Shown piece by piece: positions 51,443-61,024 of a stretch of 64,000 nucleotides of DNA. The notes beneath the pieces were generated by a model that worked only from the letters and a program-made list of their open reading frames with translations, did no database searches and was not told the origin of the DNA. Source of the DNA: Spirochaetia bacterium (GTDB lineage Bacteria > Spirochaetota > Spirochaetia > B11-G9); the NCBI GenBank assembly GCA_027859095.1, contig JAQIBN010000006.1, forward strand, positions 18,008 to 82,007. Reading direction: 5' to 3'. Position numbers and translations under genes: made by a program. How positions within the stretch are numbered: position 1 is the first letter of the stretch; every line of letters begins with the position of its first letter.

Positions 51443-52140
51443 GACAGTTCTCCGACAAATACATATCCAAAACCATGAACAGACTTGATATATTTGGGGG
51501 TTTTTGCACTTTCGCCTAATTTGGAACGTATTCTGCTTATTAGAATATCAATTGATCTGCTATAACTTGCGGAATCAAAGCCCTGAATATTCAGCATAAT
51601 TTCGTCACGACTGAATTTTCTTCCAGGATGCTGAACCAGTAATAACAGAAGCTCGAATTCCATGGATGTCAAATTCATGGCTTTATCCAATATATATGCT
51701 TCTCTTTCCTTAGTATGGATTACGATATTATCAAAAAATAAACTTCTGGATTGAGTTCTTGTGCCTGAACGCTTAAGGATTGTCTGGATCCTTGTTACAA
51801 GTTCCCGGGGTTCGAAGGGTTTCGCCATATAGTCATCTGCACCTAATTCAAGCCCTACAATTTTGTCCATTGCATCACCTCTGGCGGATAGCATTATAAT
51901 GGGAATATCACTTTTCCTGCGAATTTCACGACAGGTTTCAAATCCATCCATTACCGGCATCATCACATCCAGAACAATTAAATGGGGGGATTTTTCGGCG
52001 AGAAGTTTAAGACCATCCTGTGAATTGGCTGCAGTCATCAAATCCATTTGAAACATTAAAAAATACTCATGCATAAGGTCGAGAAGCTTTTCATCATCAT
52101 CAATCATCAGAATCTGAGTGAGCACTGGAACATTATTCAT
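51439..52140 (-). CDS. OmpR family response regulator
   Basis: IDDD, LDVMMP, GADDYMAKPF, winged helix GFGY. Confidence 0.95.
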   Translation of the reverse strand: MNNVPVLTQILMIDDDEKLLDLMHEYFLMFQMDLMTAANSQDGLKLLAEKSPHLIVLDVMMPVMDGFETCREIRRKSDIPIIMLSARGDAMDKIVGLELGADDYMAKPFEPRELVTRIQTILKRSGTRTQSRSLFFDNIVIHTKEREAYILDKAMNLTSMEFELLLLLVQHPGRKFSRDEIMLNIQGFDSASYSRSIDILISRIRSKLGESAKTPKYIKSVHGFGYVFVGELS

Positions 52141-52292
52141 ATTAGAAGTACCTGCCTTATAAAGATAATATACATTAAACCCAGATATTTATCCTAGTTA
52201 ATGAACGCTGTTTAATCCTAATTCCGGGAGATACAATTTGTTACATATATTTACTTTTCAGAAAAGACTATAAATATAATAAGTAATAAATT

Positions 52293-52844
52293 ATGATCAT
52301 GAAAAAGAATAACAGAGACTTTAGCAGAACAAAATTATTAGCAGTCATCATGGTAATCATCCTGATGAGTATTCCTGGACTTTGCAGTGCAGGAGAATCG
52401 ACCAGTCCCCAGTCAGCGGATAAATTGTTTTTGTATTCACATTCAAAAGCCATGGAAGCACTAAGTTTTAGCATGGATACTCTTGAAATCAATTACCCCT
52501 TAAGTTCTTTACATAAGGGTCTGGGTTACGCAACTGTAGCAATGGGCATGCTTACGGGAATACTAAATCCGGAAAATGTTGGAGAAAATCTCCATCAGAC
52601 CCTGGGTTATACGACTGCAGGCTTTGCATTTGCAACAATGGCAGCAGGATTTATAGCTCACTATAGGGATATTGATCTGCAGTCCGGATGGAGCTCAAAC
52701 AATATTCACACAATTCTAGGCATCACTGGTGGGGTGATGATGATGATTGCCCCTTTCCTGGCTCCAGGTGATGCTCATCAGGTTCTTGGGGAGTTGGGTG
52801 CTTTAACCATGGGAATTTCAATAGTAGGAAAATTAGTTTACTAA
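52293..52844 (+). CDS. Membrane protein with four His-bearing helices (cytochrome b561-like?)
   Basis: Signal peptide then LHKGLG, LHQTLG, IHTILG, AHQVLG. Confidence 0.55.
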   Translation: MIMKKNNRDFSRTKLLAVIMVIILMSIPGLCSAGESTSPQSADKLFLYSHSKAMEALSFSMDTLEINYPLSSLHKGLGYATVAMGMLTGILNPENVGENLHQTLGYTTAGFAFATMAAGFIAHYRDIDLQSGWSSNNIHTILGITGGVMMMIAPFLAPGDAHQVLGELGALTMGISIVGKLVY

Positions 52845-52872
52845 TATAATAAAAAAAATTAGGGGAGATATT

Positions 52873-53397
52873 ATGAATAAAAAATTTACAGTAATTTTTA
52901 TAATTGCCATTTTGGCAGCAGGCATCTTGTACGCTGAAACAGTCAATAACAATAAAATAGCAGTCCTATATAATAAAAACACTCAAACAAACAGAGATGT
53001 ACTTCATTTTATGGGCAGTCAATTTGATGCACTGGGCAGCCAATATCAATTCTTTGCTGTGAAGAAACCAGAGGAAATAAAACCTGGTGCTTATAAAGCA
53101 GTACTTGTACTTAACACTGGTGTCAGAGACGGAATTGACCCGAAACTCTCGGGGTTTATTGACTCATGGCAAAATAAATCTGAAATCATCTTAATCAGTC
53201 TTTATAGAGGAAGTACTGAAATTAAGGTGGAAACAATACCGTCATCGAGTAACCCCCAGGGGGTTGATGCAGTCTCTGCTGCCTCTTTATGGAAAAAGGG
53301 CGTACTAAGTTCAATCTTTGGAAATAAACCCAATACACTGCAGATGCATGAAGAATGGGTAAAACAGGTCCTTACTCTCCTCTCAAGAAAAGGTTAG
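52873..53397 (+). CDS. Secreted hypothetical protein (alpha/beta, possibly flavodoxin-like fold)
   Basis: Signal peptide, GGGGAG SD, alternating beta/alpha pattern. Confidence 0.6.
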   Translation: MNKKFTVIFIIAILAAGILYAETVNNNKIAVLYNKNTQTNRDVLHFMGSQFDALGSQYQFFAVKKPEEIKPGAYKAVLVLNTGVRDGIDPKLSGFIDSWQNKSEIILISLYRGSTEIKVETIPSSSNPQGVDAVSAASLWKKGVLSSIFGNKPNTLQMHEEWVKQVLTLLSRKG

Positions 53398-53407
53398 GTA
53401 GGAAATA

Positions 53408-54697
53408 ATGCCTATACTTATACTTCTTTATCTGGTACTGCCAGGAGTACAGGTTTATTTCTTCCTTGCAGGACAATTTGGGAATATCCTTGCGGATATT
53501 CTTAATTTCGGGGCATCCATTTTTGCCCTCCATTGGCTTCTGGCAAATGTTATCATTACATCTAAAATACCATGGCTTCAAAGAAGTATACCCTATGATG
53601 CACGAATACGTTTCCATATCTTTTCTACAGCAGGAATAGGTATAGCTGTAATCTATCATGCCATCTACTACTTTGCGATGGGTGCATTTATAGACCCTCC
53701 AACATGGGCAATTATTATTATTCTAACACTTATGCTTCTATTTGCCATTTTATGGATACCAGTACCTGGTTTTAAGGCTTTTAGAACATGGCTGATAAGT
53801 AAAAAGAGAGGGGGGTCAGAGCTTAATTATGACCGTTCAAAGGGGCTTCATAGATTGTTTGTTCTGGTACTGGGATTTCTTCTTCTCCTTCATATTCTAG
53901 AAGCAGAAATATTTTTAAATGTCAGCCCTGTCTCTGCCTTATTCTACGGGGTTCTTTATGTAGGAAGTTTTGGTATATACCTGCTCTCCCTCAGTTCGAT
54001 TTTCAATATTAAATCTGAGATCATAAGCATAGAGGATAAGGAGGGTATTATTATCATTACCCTTCAGCCGACCAGGCGCTTTAGATACAAAAGTGGCCAA
54101 TTCACCTTTCTGGGAGTTAAAACCTCTACAAATAAAATTGAAGAACACCCATTTTCATTCCTATCATCTCCTCAAAAGAAACATGATCATAAATTTGAGA
54201 TTGAACCTGTAAGTTTAGCGATTAGAGCCCTTGGAGATTTTACCAGAGATCTATCCAATCTAAAACCTGGAAATAAGGTACAGTTGAGAGGCTCCTATGG
54301 TAATTTTAGACCAGGGAAAGAAAAAGCACTGTGTTTCGTAGCATCAGGTATAGGTACCGTGCCTATTATTAGCATTCTGAAAGATCTCCATGCATCAGGG
54401 GATAAGCGACCCATGCAGATATTTCTTGCGGTTGACCATAAAGACGAAATACCTGAACGGGAAAAAATCGTTAAAATCGCCGAATCAATGCCAAACGTTA
54501 ATCTGCATATGATGGTTTATAGCGAGGACGGTCTGAGATATTCTGAGGATTATTTCAGAAAGCACCTCTCTGATCAAAGTAGTTTTTCATATTATCTTTG
54601 TTCATCTCCAGGAGTCAGGCCAATTGTGCTGAAGGCACTTACCGCTATTGGTGTAAAAAAATCTGCCATACATTCTGAGGCATTTACTTTTGGATGA
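53408..54697 (+). CDS. Ferric reductase-like TM domain plus FAD/NAD(P)-binding domain
   Basis: TM His residues; GQF, EHPFS, GDFT, GSYG, ASGIGTVP, YLC, HSEAF. Confidence 0.85.
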   Translation: MPILILLYLVLPGVQVYFFLAGQFGNILADILNFGASIFALHWLLANVIITSKIPWLQRSIPYDARIRFHIFSTAGIGIAVIYHAIYYFAMGAFIDPPTWAIIIILTLMLLFAILWIPVPGFKAFRTWLISKKRGGSELNYDRSKGLHRLFVLVLGFLLLLHILEAEIFLNVSPVSALFYGVLYVGSFGIYLLSLSSIFNIKSEIISIEDKEGIIIITLQPTRRFRYKSGQFTFLGVKTSTNKIEEHPFSFLSSPQKKHDHKFEIEPVSLAIRALGDFTRDLSNLKPGNKVQLRGSYGNFRPGKEKALCFVASGIGTVPIISILKDLHASGDKRPMQIFLAVDHKDEIPEREKIVKIAESMPNVNLHMMVYSEDGLRYSEDYFRKHLSDQSSFSYYLCSSPGVRPIVLKALTAIGVKKSAIHSEAFTFG

Positions 54698-54723
54698 TTT
54701 TGGAGAGCTAAAGAGAACATTTT

Positions 54724-56115
54724 TTATTCATTTTCAACTTTCCGAAGTGCATCCACAAACGCCATAACAGATCGGCTAACATCAACCTCTGTGGTAGCCC
54801 AGGAACAGACACTGACACGGATAACATATTGGCCATTCCATTTTGCATTTCCACACCAGCATTCCCCGGATTGCTGTACCAGTTCAAGGACCATTTTAGT
54901 TGTATCATCATCTTTACAGGTAACAAGTACCTGATTAAAAACAACATCATTCAGTACTTCGAATCCCTGTAATTTAAATTCTTCTGCAAATTGAACTGCC
55001 CTTTCATGCAGCCCCTCAACAAGCTCAGCAAGACCACTTGTACCAAGAAATTTCAAAGCTGCCCACATTTCCACAGCCCTTGCCCTGCGGGACATTTCCG
55101 GTGTAAATAACATTCCATCACGTTGCTCTCCATAGATTATGTAAGAACCGGTAGCATGAAGAGCAGAAGACAATGCATCCCTGTCAGTACACAGAATAAT
55201 GCCACTATCGTAAGGAGTATTCAGAGTCTTATGCCCATCTGCAGACCAGGAATCCGCTTTGGACATATAATTTGTTAATTCATTAAATCTACTGGATCCT
55301 GCTGCCCACAGACCAAATGCACCATCAACATGAACCCAGGATCCTGCTGCCTCAGCAATAGGCATTATTTTATTAAAAGGATCAAAAGCTCCTGTGCTTA
55401 CTTGACCTGCCTGGAGAATTAGAATTGTTCTTTCATCCAGAATAGGAAGAGTTTCAGGGATTATACGTCCCTGGTCATCTACATCGGCAAACTCCAGCTG
55501 TTCACTTCCAATTCCAAGAAGAGCCAGGCCTTTTATAACTGTACCATGAGCCTGTCGTCCCAGGACAATTCTAAAAGGAGGGGCACCAGCCAAACCTTTT
55601 TTATTTACATCCCACCCCTGTTTCTCCAGAATTCTAAATCTGGCAGCAGCAAGACCACATAATATCGCCATAGAACTACCACTGACAAACCCTGCAACTG
55701 TTTTCTCTGGAAGAGAAAATATCTGTTTAAGCCATTTCTCAACAACTGATTCAATCTTAGAAACAACAGGAGAAGAAATATACATTGGAGTATTCTGATC
55801 CCAAAAATCTGTAAGCCATTTTACAGCAAGAGAAGCTGGAATTACCCCACCATCTACAAAGCCAAAATAACGCCCACCAATTTGACTTACTGTCCCGGGG
55901 GAACCATATTTGTGAAGCTGATCAAGAATTGATACAGCATCTGATGAGGCAACAGGCATTTCCTCATTAAAAGAATTCAAATTTTTTATTGCTTCTTCAA
56001 GAGGAAATACATTTCTGTCAAGAGCAGTTTCTGCATACTCCAAAGCATATTCCCCTGCCTTTTTAAACAGGTTTTTATCTTTTAACTCCAGAAACATTTT
56101 TTCCCGGATATTCAT
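54724..56115 (-). CDS. Group II PLP-dependent amino acid decarboxylase
   Basis: RYFGFV, WDQN, WVHVDGAFG, ADGHKTLNTPY. Confidence 0.9.
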   Translation of the reverse strand: MNIREKMFLELKDKNLFKKAGEYALEYAETALDRNVFPLEEAIKNLNSFNEEMPVASSDAVSILDQLHKYGSPGTVSQIGGRYFGFVDGGVIPASLAVKWLTDFWDQNTPMYISSPVVSKIESVVEKWLKQIFSLPEKTVAGFVSGSSMAILCGLAAARFRILEKQGWDVNKKGLAGAPPFRIVLGRQAHGTVIKGLALLGIGSEQLEFADVDDQGRIIPETLPILDERTILILQAGQVSTGAFDPFNKIMPIAEAAGSWVHVDGAFGLWAAGSSRFNELTNYMSKADSWSADGHKTLNTPYDSGIILCTDRDALSSALHATGSYIIYGEQRDGMLFTPEMSRRARAVEMWAALKFLGTSGLAELVEGLHERAVQFAEEFKLQGFEVLNDVVFNQVLVTCKDDDTTKMVLELVQQSGECWCGNAKWNGQYVIRVSVCSWATTEVDVSRSVMAFVDALRKVENE

Positions 56116-56116
56116 T

Positions 56117-56497
56117 TTAACTTTTTATTTCAGCTATACACTCAATCTCAACCATGGCATCCAGAGGATTTTGTTTAACCGCAATTGCAGATCTGGCAGG
56201 GGTATGACCATCAAACATTTCTGCATACACTTCGTTCATCCTTTTAAAATCATCCATAGATTTTAGAAAAACAGTGGTTTTTACTATATCTTTTAGGCTA
56301 AGATTCATTCCATTTAAAACAACAGTTATATTTGTGAGAACTCTTTTTGTTTGTTCCTCGATTGTTACGCCAACAATTTTCATAGTTACCGGATCCAGTG
56401 GTGTTTGACCAGAACAAAAAACAAGGTTTCCAGTTTTAACGGCATGACAGTATGGGCCGATTGCAGCAGGTGCTCCGTCAATTAATAATGTTTTCAT
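56117..56497 (-). CDS. ridA: RidA family enamine deaminase
   Basis: APAAIGPY, SGQ, KTTVFL, PARS, VEIE. Confidence 0.9.
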   Translation of the reverse strand: MKTLLIDGAPAAIGPYCHAVKTGNLVFCSGQTPLDPVTMKIVGVTIEEQTKRVLTNITVVLNGMNLSLKDIVKTTVFLKSMDDFKRMNEVYAEMFDGHTPARSAIAVKQNPLDAMVEIECIAEIKS

Positions 56498-56523
56498 TTA
56501 CTATCTCTCCTAATAATAATATT

Positions 56524-57930
56524 TCAACTTTCAGCATTCACAGTTTCTTCAATTATATCAAGAAGATCCTGCTCTTTAATAGGTTTTGAAACAAAGTGAT
56601 CCATACCAGCTTCTATACATCTACGAACATCTTCTGGAAATGCATTTGCTGTAAGCGCAATAATTTTAATATATCCACCAGATTCTTTTTCTAATTCTCT
56701 AATTCGTTTAGTAGCCTCAATTCCATCGACCTCAGGCATTCCCATGTCCATAAGAATAAGATCAAAGTCTTTAGTCTTAATTATCTCAAGAACTTCTCTG
56801 CCGTTAACAGCTTCTTGAACAAGCATACCTTTCTTTGAAAGAAACTTATTTATGTATATTCTGTTTATGGCTTCATCTTCAGCAATTATCACCCGAAGCC
56901 CTTCAATAGCATTATTTGTTGTAAGATTAAACTTTTCAGGAATTTCCTTTTGCCCAGGGGGAGTAGGTACAACAGGAAAACTAATTTTAAAAGTAGAACC
57001 TACACCTACTTTACTTTCTATTTCAATTGATCCGTTTAATAACTCTACCAATTGTTTTACAATTGCCAACCCACGCCCTACACCTTCATGTGTTTTTACA
57101 TATGTATTTTCAATTTGAACAAAACTATCAAAAATTGTTTGTATTTCTTCATCAGGGATCCCAATTCCGGTATCAATTATTGAAATTTCTAAATTTTCTT
57201 CTAATTCTACAGATAAACTAATAGTCCCTTTATCTGAATACTTAATTGCATTGGTAACAAGATTAATAATAATTTGTCCGATTCTTACCCTGTCACCATA
57301 GAAATTAATTATTTCAGGTTTAATATTATACAGAAGTTCAATTTCTTTTTTATCAGCTGTAGGTTTTAATACTGATATAGTATTTTTAATAAGATTACTT
57401 AAACTGAATAAAACAGGTTTAATAGTTAAATTCCCTGTTTCAATCTGAGAAAAATCAAGAAGATCTGAAATAATTCTAAACAGATGATCTCCTGATTCTG
57501 CAATCATTTGGAGAAATTCTTTCTGATCATTATCTAAATCAGTATCCATAACCAAACCTGTCATTCCCAATATTCCATTTAAGGGAGTTCTTAACTCATG
57601 ACTTATGTTTGCTAAAAAGTCATTTTTCATTTTGCTTGCGTTTTCAGCTTTAGACTTAGATTCAATAACTTCCTTTTGGGAAATTTCAAGTTCCTTAACC
57701 TTAAGAAGTAGATTTTTTTTTGCTTCAACAAGATCAGTCTGACTTTGTTTATTTACTATCCATAAATAGACAAAACCCACTGTTACTAGAATAATAAGAA
57801 TAGTTTGAATATAAATTTTATTATAAGAAAAAAATATAATAGTAATAGACGTAATAAAAAGTACTATTGTAACAAAAGGAATTATTATTTTACTTCTTAA
57901 ACTTAAAGATATCATTAACTTTCTCCCCAT
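56524..57930 (-). CDS. Hybrid sensor histidine kinase/response regulator, possibly degenerate
   Basis: FLANISHELRTPL, DTGIG, receiver LMDMGMP; almost no sensor loop; G2 box GVGRGL. Confidence 0.85.
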   Translation of the reverse strand: MGRKLMISLSLRSKIIIPFVTIVLFITSITIIFFSYNKIYIQTILIILVTVGFVYLWIVNKQSQTDLVEAKKNLLLKVKELEISQKEVIESKSKAENASKMKNDFLANISHELRTPLNGILGMTGLVMDTDLDNDQKEFLQMIAESGDHLFRIISDLLDFSQIETGNLTIKPVLFSLSNLIKNTISVLKPTADKKEIELLYNIKPEIINFYGDRVRIGQIIINLVTNAIKYSDKGTISLSVELEENLEISIIDTGIGIPDEEIQTIFDSFVQIENTYVKTHEGVGRGLAIVKQLVELLNGSIEIESKVGVGSTFKISFPVVPTPPGQKEIPEKFNLTTNNAIEGLRVIIAEDEAINRIYINKFLSKKGMLVQEAVNGREVLEIIKTKDFDLILMDMGMPEVDGIEATKRIRELEKESGGYIKIIALTANAFPEDVRRCIEAGMDHFVSKPIKEQDLLDIIEETVNAES

Positions 57931-58030
57931 GCCTAATTATATGAATATATTTCTATGTTGCAAACAATATTTGAATATTTTAATTAAAATATCCCTTTAT
58001 TCATTCAAAAATACCATATATGATTTTACA

Positions 58031-58974
58031 ATGCCAAAAGAAGCTATCCCCCGACTGGATGACGATACAATCAGAGAAAAAAATACTACCTTACTGCCGG
58101 CTTAAATCAGGTGAAGTTTGGGTAGATCCTACAGGACAACATAAAATAGCTGTTCTGGACGCTGAATCTAAAAAAGACTGCCAACTAATAAGTAAAGATG
58201 AGAATGTAGATCTTTTCATACAGGATCCTCCATACAACATTGCTGTGGGAAATAAAAATACCCAGCAGCTTTCAAGAATTAATATTGAAGAGTATATAAT
58301 TTTTTCAAAAAAATGGGTTCAAAACAGTATAGATATAATGTCAAAAGATAGTCATTTTTATGTTTGGCTGGGTGCGGATCAGAAAAGAGGATTTCAACCT
58401 CTACCTGAATTTATGATCCTAATGCGAAAATATGAAGAGCTTACATCCCGAAGCTTTATAAGCCTTAGAAACCAAAGGGGATACGGCACTCAGAAAAACT
58501 GGATGGCTGTTAGGCAGGAGCTTCTTTATTACACAAAAGGGGATCCCTTTTTTAAAGTAGCTTATACAGATATTCCAAAAGTGCTAAAAGGATACTATAA
58601 AACAATAAATGGTAAAGTAACAGATAATCTTGAAAGAGGTAAATCTGAAACAATTCGTCCAGGAAATATCTGGCTGGATATCCAACAGGTTTTTTACCGG
58701 ATGGAAGAAAATATTCCCGGGGCCTATGCTCAAAAGCCTCTTAAATCTATAGAAAGAATTATTAAAACCAGCTCAAAAAAAGAAGATATGGTAGCTGATT
58801 TCTTTGCCCACTCCGGGACAACCCTTATTGCTGCAGAAAAACTTGATCGCAGATGCATTACATTTGACAGAGACCCTGTTTTTGCAGAACTTACAATTAG
58901 AAGGTTGGCAGTGGGAAAATCCATTTCCGGAGATTAATATCGAAAACAATGATATTCCCAATTCAAGAAAATAG
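58031..58974 (+). pseudogene. Orphan N4/N6 DNA methyltransferase (beta-class motif order) with probable frameshift and small deletion
   Basis: DPPYN then QKP and DFFAHSGTT; probable true N-terminus (ATG 58031) and C-terminus (WQWENPFPE) lie in other frames. Confidence 0.7.
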
Positions 58975-59020
58975 TAGTTTTGACATAACAGTTTAAATAA
59001 GATAACAGCTTGAAAACGTC

Positions 59021-60226
59021 TTAGCTTAAATACTCTCTAACCTTATTTCTATCCCATTCCTCATTTACAGCCAGTTCGTACAACTTAGCTCTGGATTTAT
59101 CTCCAGCCATCTCAACACCTTTAAGAAGATCATTTTCGTAATAAAACAATCTATAGGCTCCTGAAGAGAGTACAGATTCTTCTAAATCCAGTTCTTTAGG
59201 ACTATGTTCCAGAAACGGGCGCATTGAAAAAAAGTAAGTACCAAAAAGATCTACCTTAATTCGATATTTTTTTAAAGGCCAGGTAGAAACCAATCCGGCC
59301 ATATTTGCTGCTGCTGTTCTTCCCTGATCCTGTGCAGAATGCCAATGATCTGTAATGGTTCCTGATTCCAGCTGAGTACAGTCTCCAGCTGCATAAATAT
59401 TAGTAATAGATGTTTCCATTTTAGAATTAACCAATATTCCATTTTCTGTTTTAATACCACTTGATTCGGCAAGAGCTATCCTTGGTTTTATCCCAAGGCT
59501 GTAGAGTAAAAAATCGTTAGTTGCACATTTTCTTTTTAAAGATACTGCGGTTACACAAATAGAAGTATCTAATTTTGTATCACTTACGATAGACCTAATA
59601 CCTTCTGTAGTTGTTCTGTAAAGTATAGTTATATTATGGGATTCGAATAATTTTTCAATTTTTTCTGATATTTTTTTGGAGAAATATCGATTTAATAAAA
59701 CATTGCTTCTACCTGAAAGTGTAACATTTAATCCAGCCTCTCTTAATTGAGCAGCTGTTTCAACACCTTCAATTCCTAAACCATAAACAAGACAGGATTG
59801 GGACGTATTTATTAGATCTTTCACATCTAATGCATCTTTGTAAGATCTGATTGATACTGCCTTTCTAAAAACTTCTGATGAAGGAGAATTAGACTCTGCT
59901 CCTGTACTAATTAGAAGTTTATCCCATTTTACAATCTTCCCGTTATCCAATTCTGCTGATTTATTTGAAATATCTATAGAAAGTACTTTGGTATTATTCA
60001 GTAAAGTTATTTTGTTCTCGTTATACCAGTCCGGATCTGCAAGTTGAAATTTTGTAATATCAAGTTTATCCGGATAGAATTTTTTATTTATCTTTGTTCT
60101 TTTATAGGGAAGATATTCTTCTCCATTAACTGCAATAATCTTCCCAGAAGGATCATGCCTACGAAGAGCTTCAATTGCATAAAATCCTGCTGCGTTTACA
60201 CCTATTATAAGATACTTTGCCTGCAT
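59021..60226 (-). CDS. NAD(P)/FAD-dependent oxidoreductase (NirB/rubredoxin reductase-like)
   Basis: IIGVNAAG, PYKR, WDKLLISTGA, NIYAAGDC, QGRTAAANM. Confidence 0.85.
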   Translation of the reverse strand: MQAKYLIIGVNAAGFYAIEALRRHDPSGKIIAVNGEEYLPYKRTKINKKFYPDKLDITKFQLADPDWYNENKITLLNNTKVLSIDISNKSAELDNGKIVKWDKLLISTGAESNSPSSEVFRKAVSIRSYKDALDVKDLINTSQSCLVYGLGIEGVETAAQLREAGLNVTLSGRSNVLLNRYFSKKISEKIEKLFESHNITILYRTTTEGIRSIVSDTKLDTSICVTAVSLKRKCATNDFLLYSLGIKPRIALAESSGIKTENGILVNSKMETSITNIYAAGDCTQLESGTITDHWHSAQDQGRTAAANMAGLVSTWPLKKYRIKVDLFGTYFFSMRPFLEHSPKELDLEESVLSSGAYRLFYYENDLLKGVEMAGDKSRAKLYELAVNEEWDRNKVREYLS

Positions 60227-60303
60227 AAATATTAACTCCTCCTTAATAATCATTAAGCAGTACTTTTTAAAGTAGAAAATGTGATACAGCGCAAAAAGCT
60301 GAT

Positions 60304-60642
60304 CTATTCTTTTTCCAGCATATCAAGATAAGACTGTAAGGCTTTTACCAACTGGCGAAGCATCTCCTTTGGCATTTCATCCAGATCAGATTGAATATTT
60401 TTAAAAGATTCTACATCAGCCTGGAGTTCTGAAAGATTCTGAGTCATTTGTTTTAACTGATTTTCATTACTCGAAATTCGCTCTCCGGATTCTTCATCTG
60501 CATTATCAACATAACTGGATGTTGTAAGAGGGTCTCCAAAACCAAGAACTCCACTGGTTGCACATGAGCTAATCAAAACAATTCCTAATAAAACTACAAA
60601 AATAAGTCGGTATTTTTTAATGCCCTTAATTATATTTTCCAT
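60304..60642 (-). CDS. Hypothetical lipoprotein with coiled coil
   Basis: Lipobox-like LISSC. Confidence 0.7.
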   Translation of the reverse strand: MENIIKGIKKYRLIFVVLLGIVLISSCATSGVLGFGDPLTTSSYVDNADEESGERISSNENQLKQMTQNLSELQADVESFKNIQSDLDEMPKEMLRQLVKALQSYLDMLEKE

Positions 60643-60786
60643 TTTATTTTCCTCTATATTGGATTTTTATAAATTAATGCTATCACAATTCTATTTATAA
60701 ATAAATAGATTTAGTACTAATGAAAGGTATAGTTTAAGATCAAAATACTATTTACTGGATTTAATATGATAAATAGAATAATCTTT

Positions 60787-60893
60787 GGAGCCAACACCCC
60801 TTAATAAGCCTGGTCGGGACTTCGTCCCTTGGACGGAAGCAAGCTTCCTGCTCGGGTATGCAACCTAACCTGCCCGGCTACGTTTCTTTCAGC
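60787..60893 (+). ncRNA. Candidate small structured RNA, family not recognised
   Basis: GC-rich island with several hairpins, directly after TTTACT-17-TAGAAT; ends pair; U-rich tail. Confidence 0.55.
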
Positions 60894-61024
60894 TTTTGTA
60901 TTGCTATAGCTGTAGCAATAAAGACAGGATTTTGTTTCCACATCATTTATTTTTGGGCAAAAATGAGTGTTATTTTTAGAATTATCCAGGTTGACAATTA
61001 TAAAACATCCAATATTATAACAAT

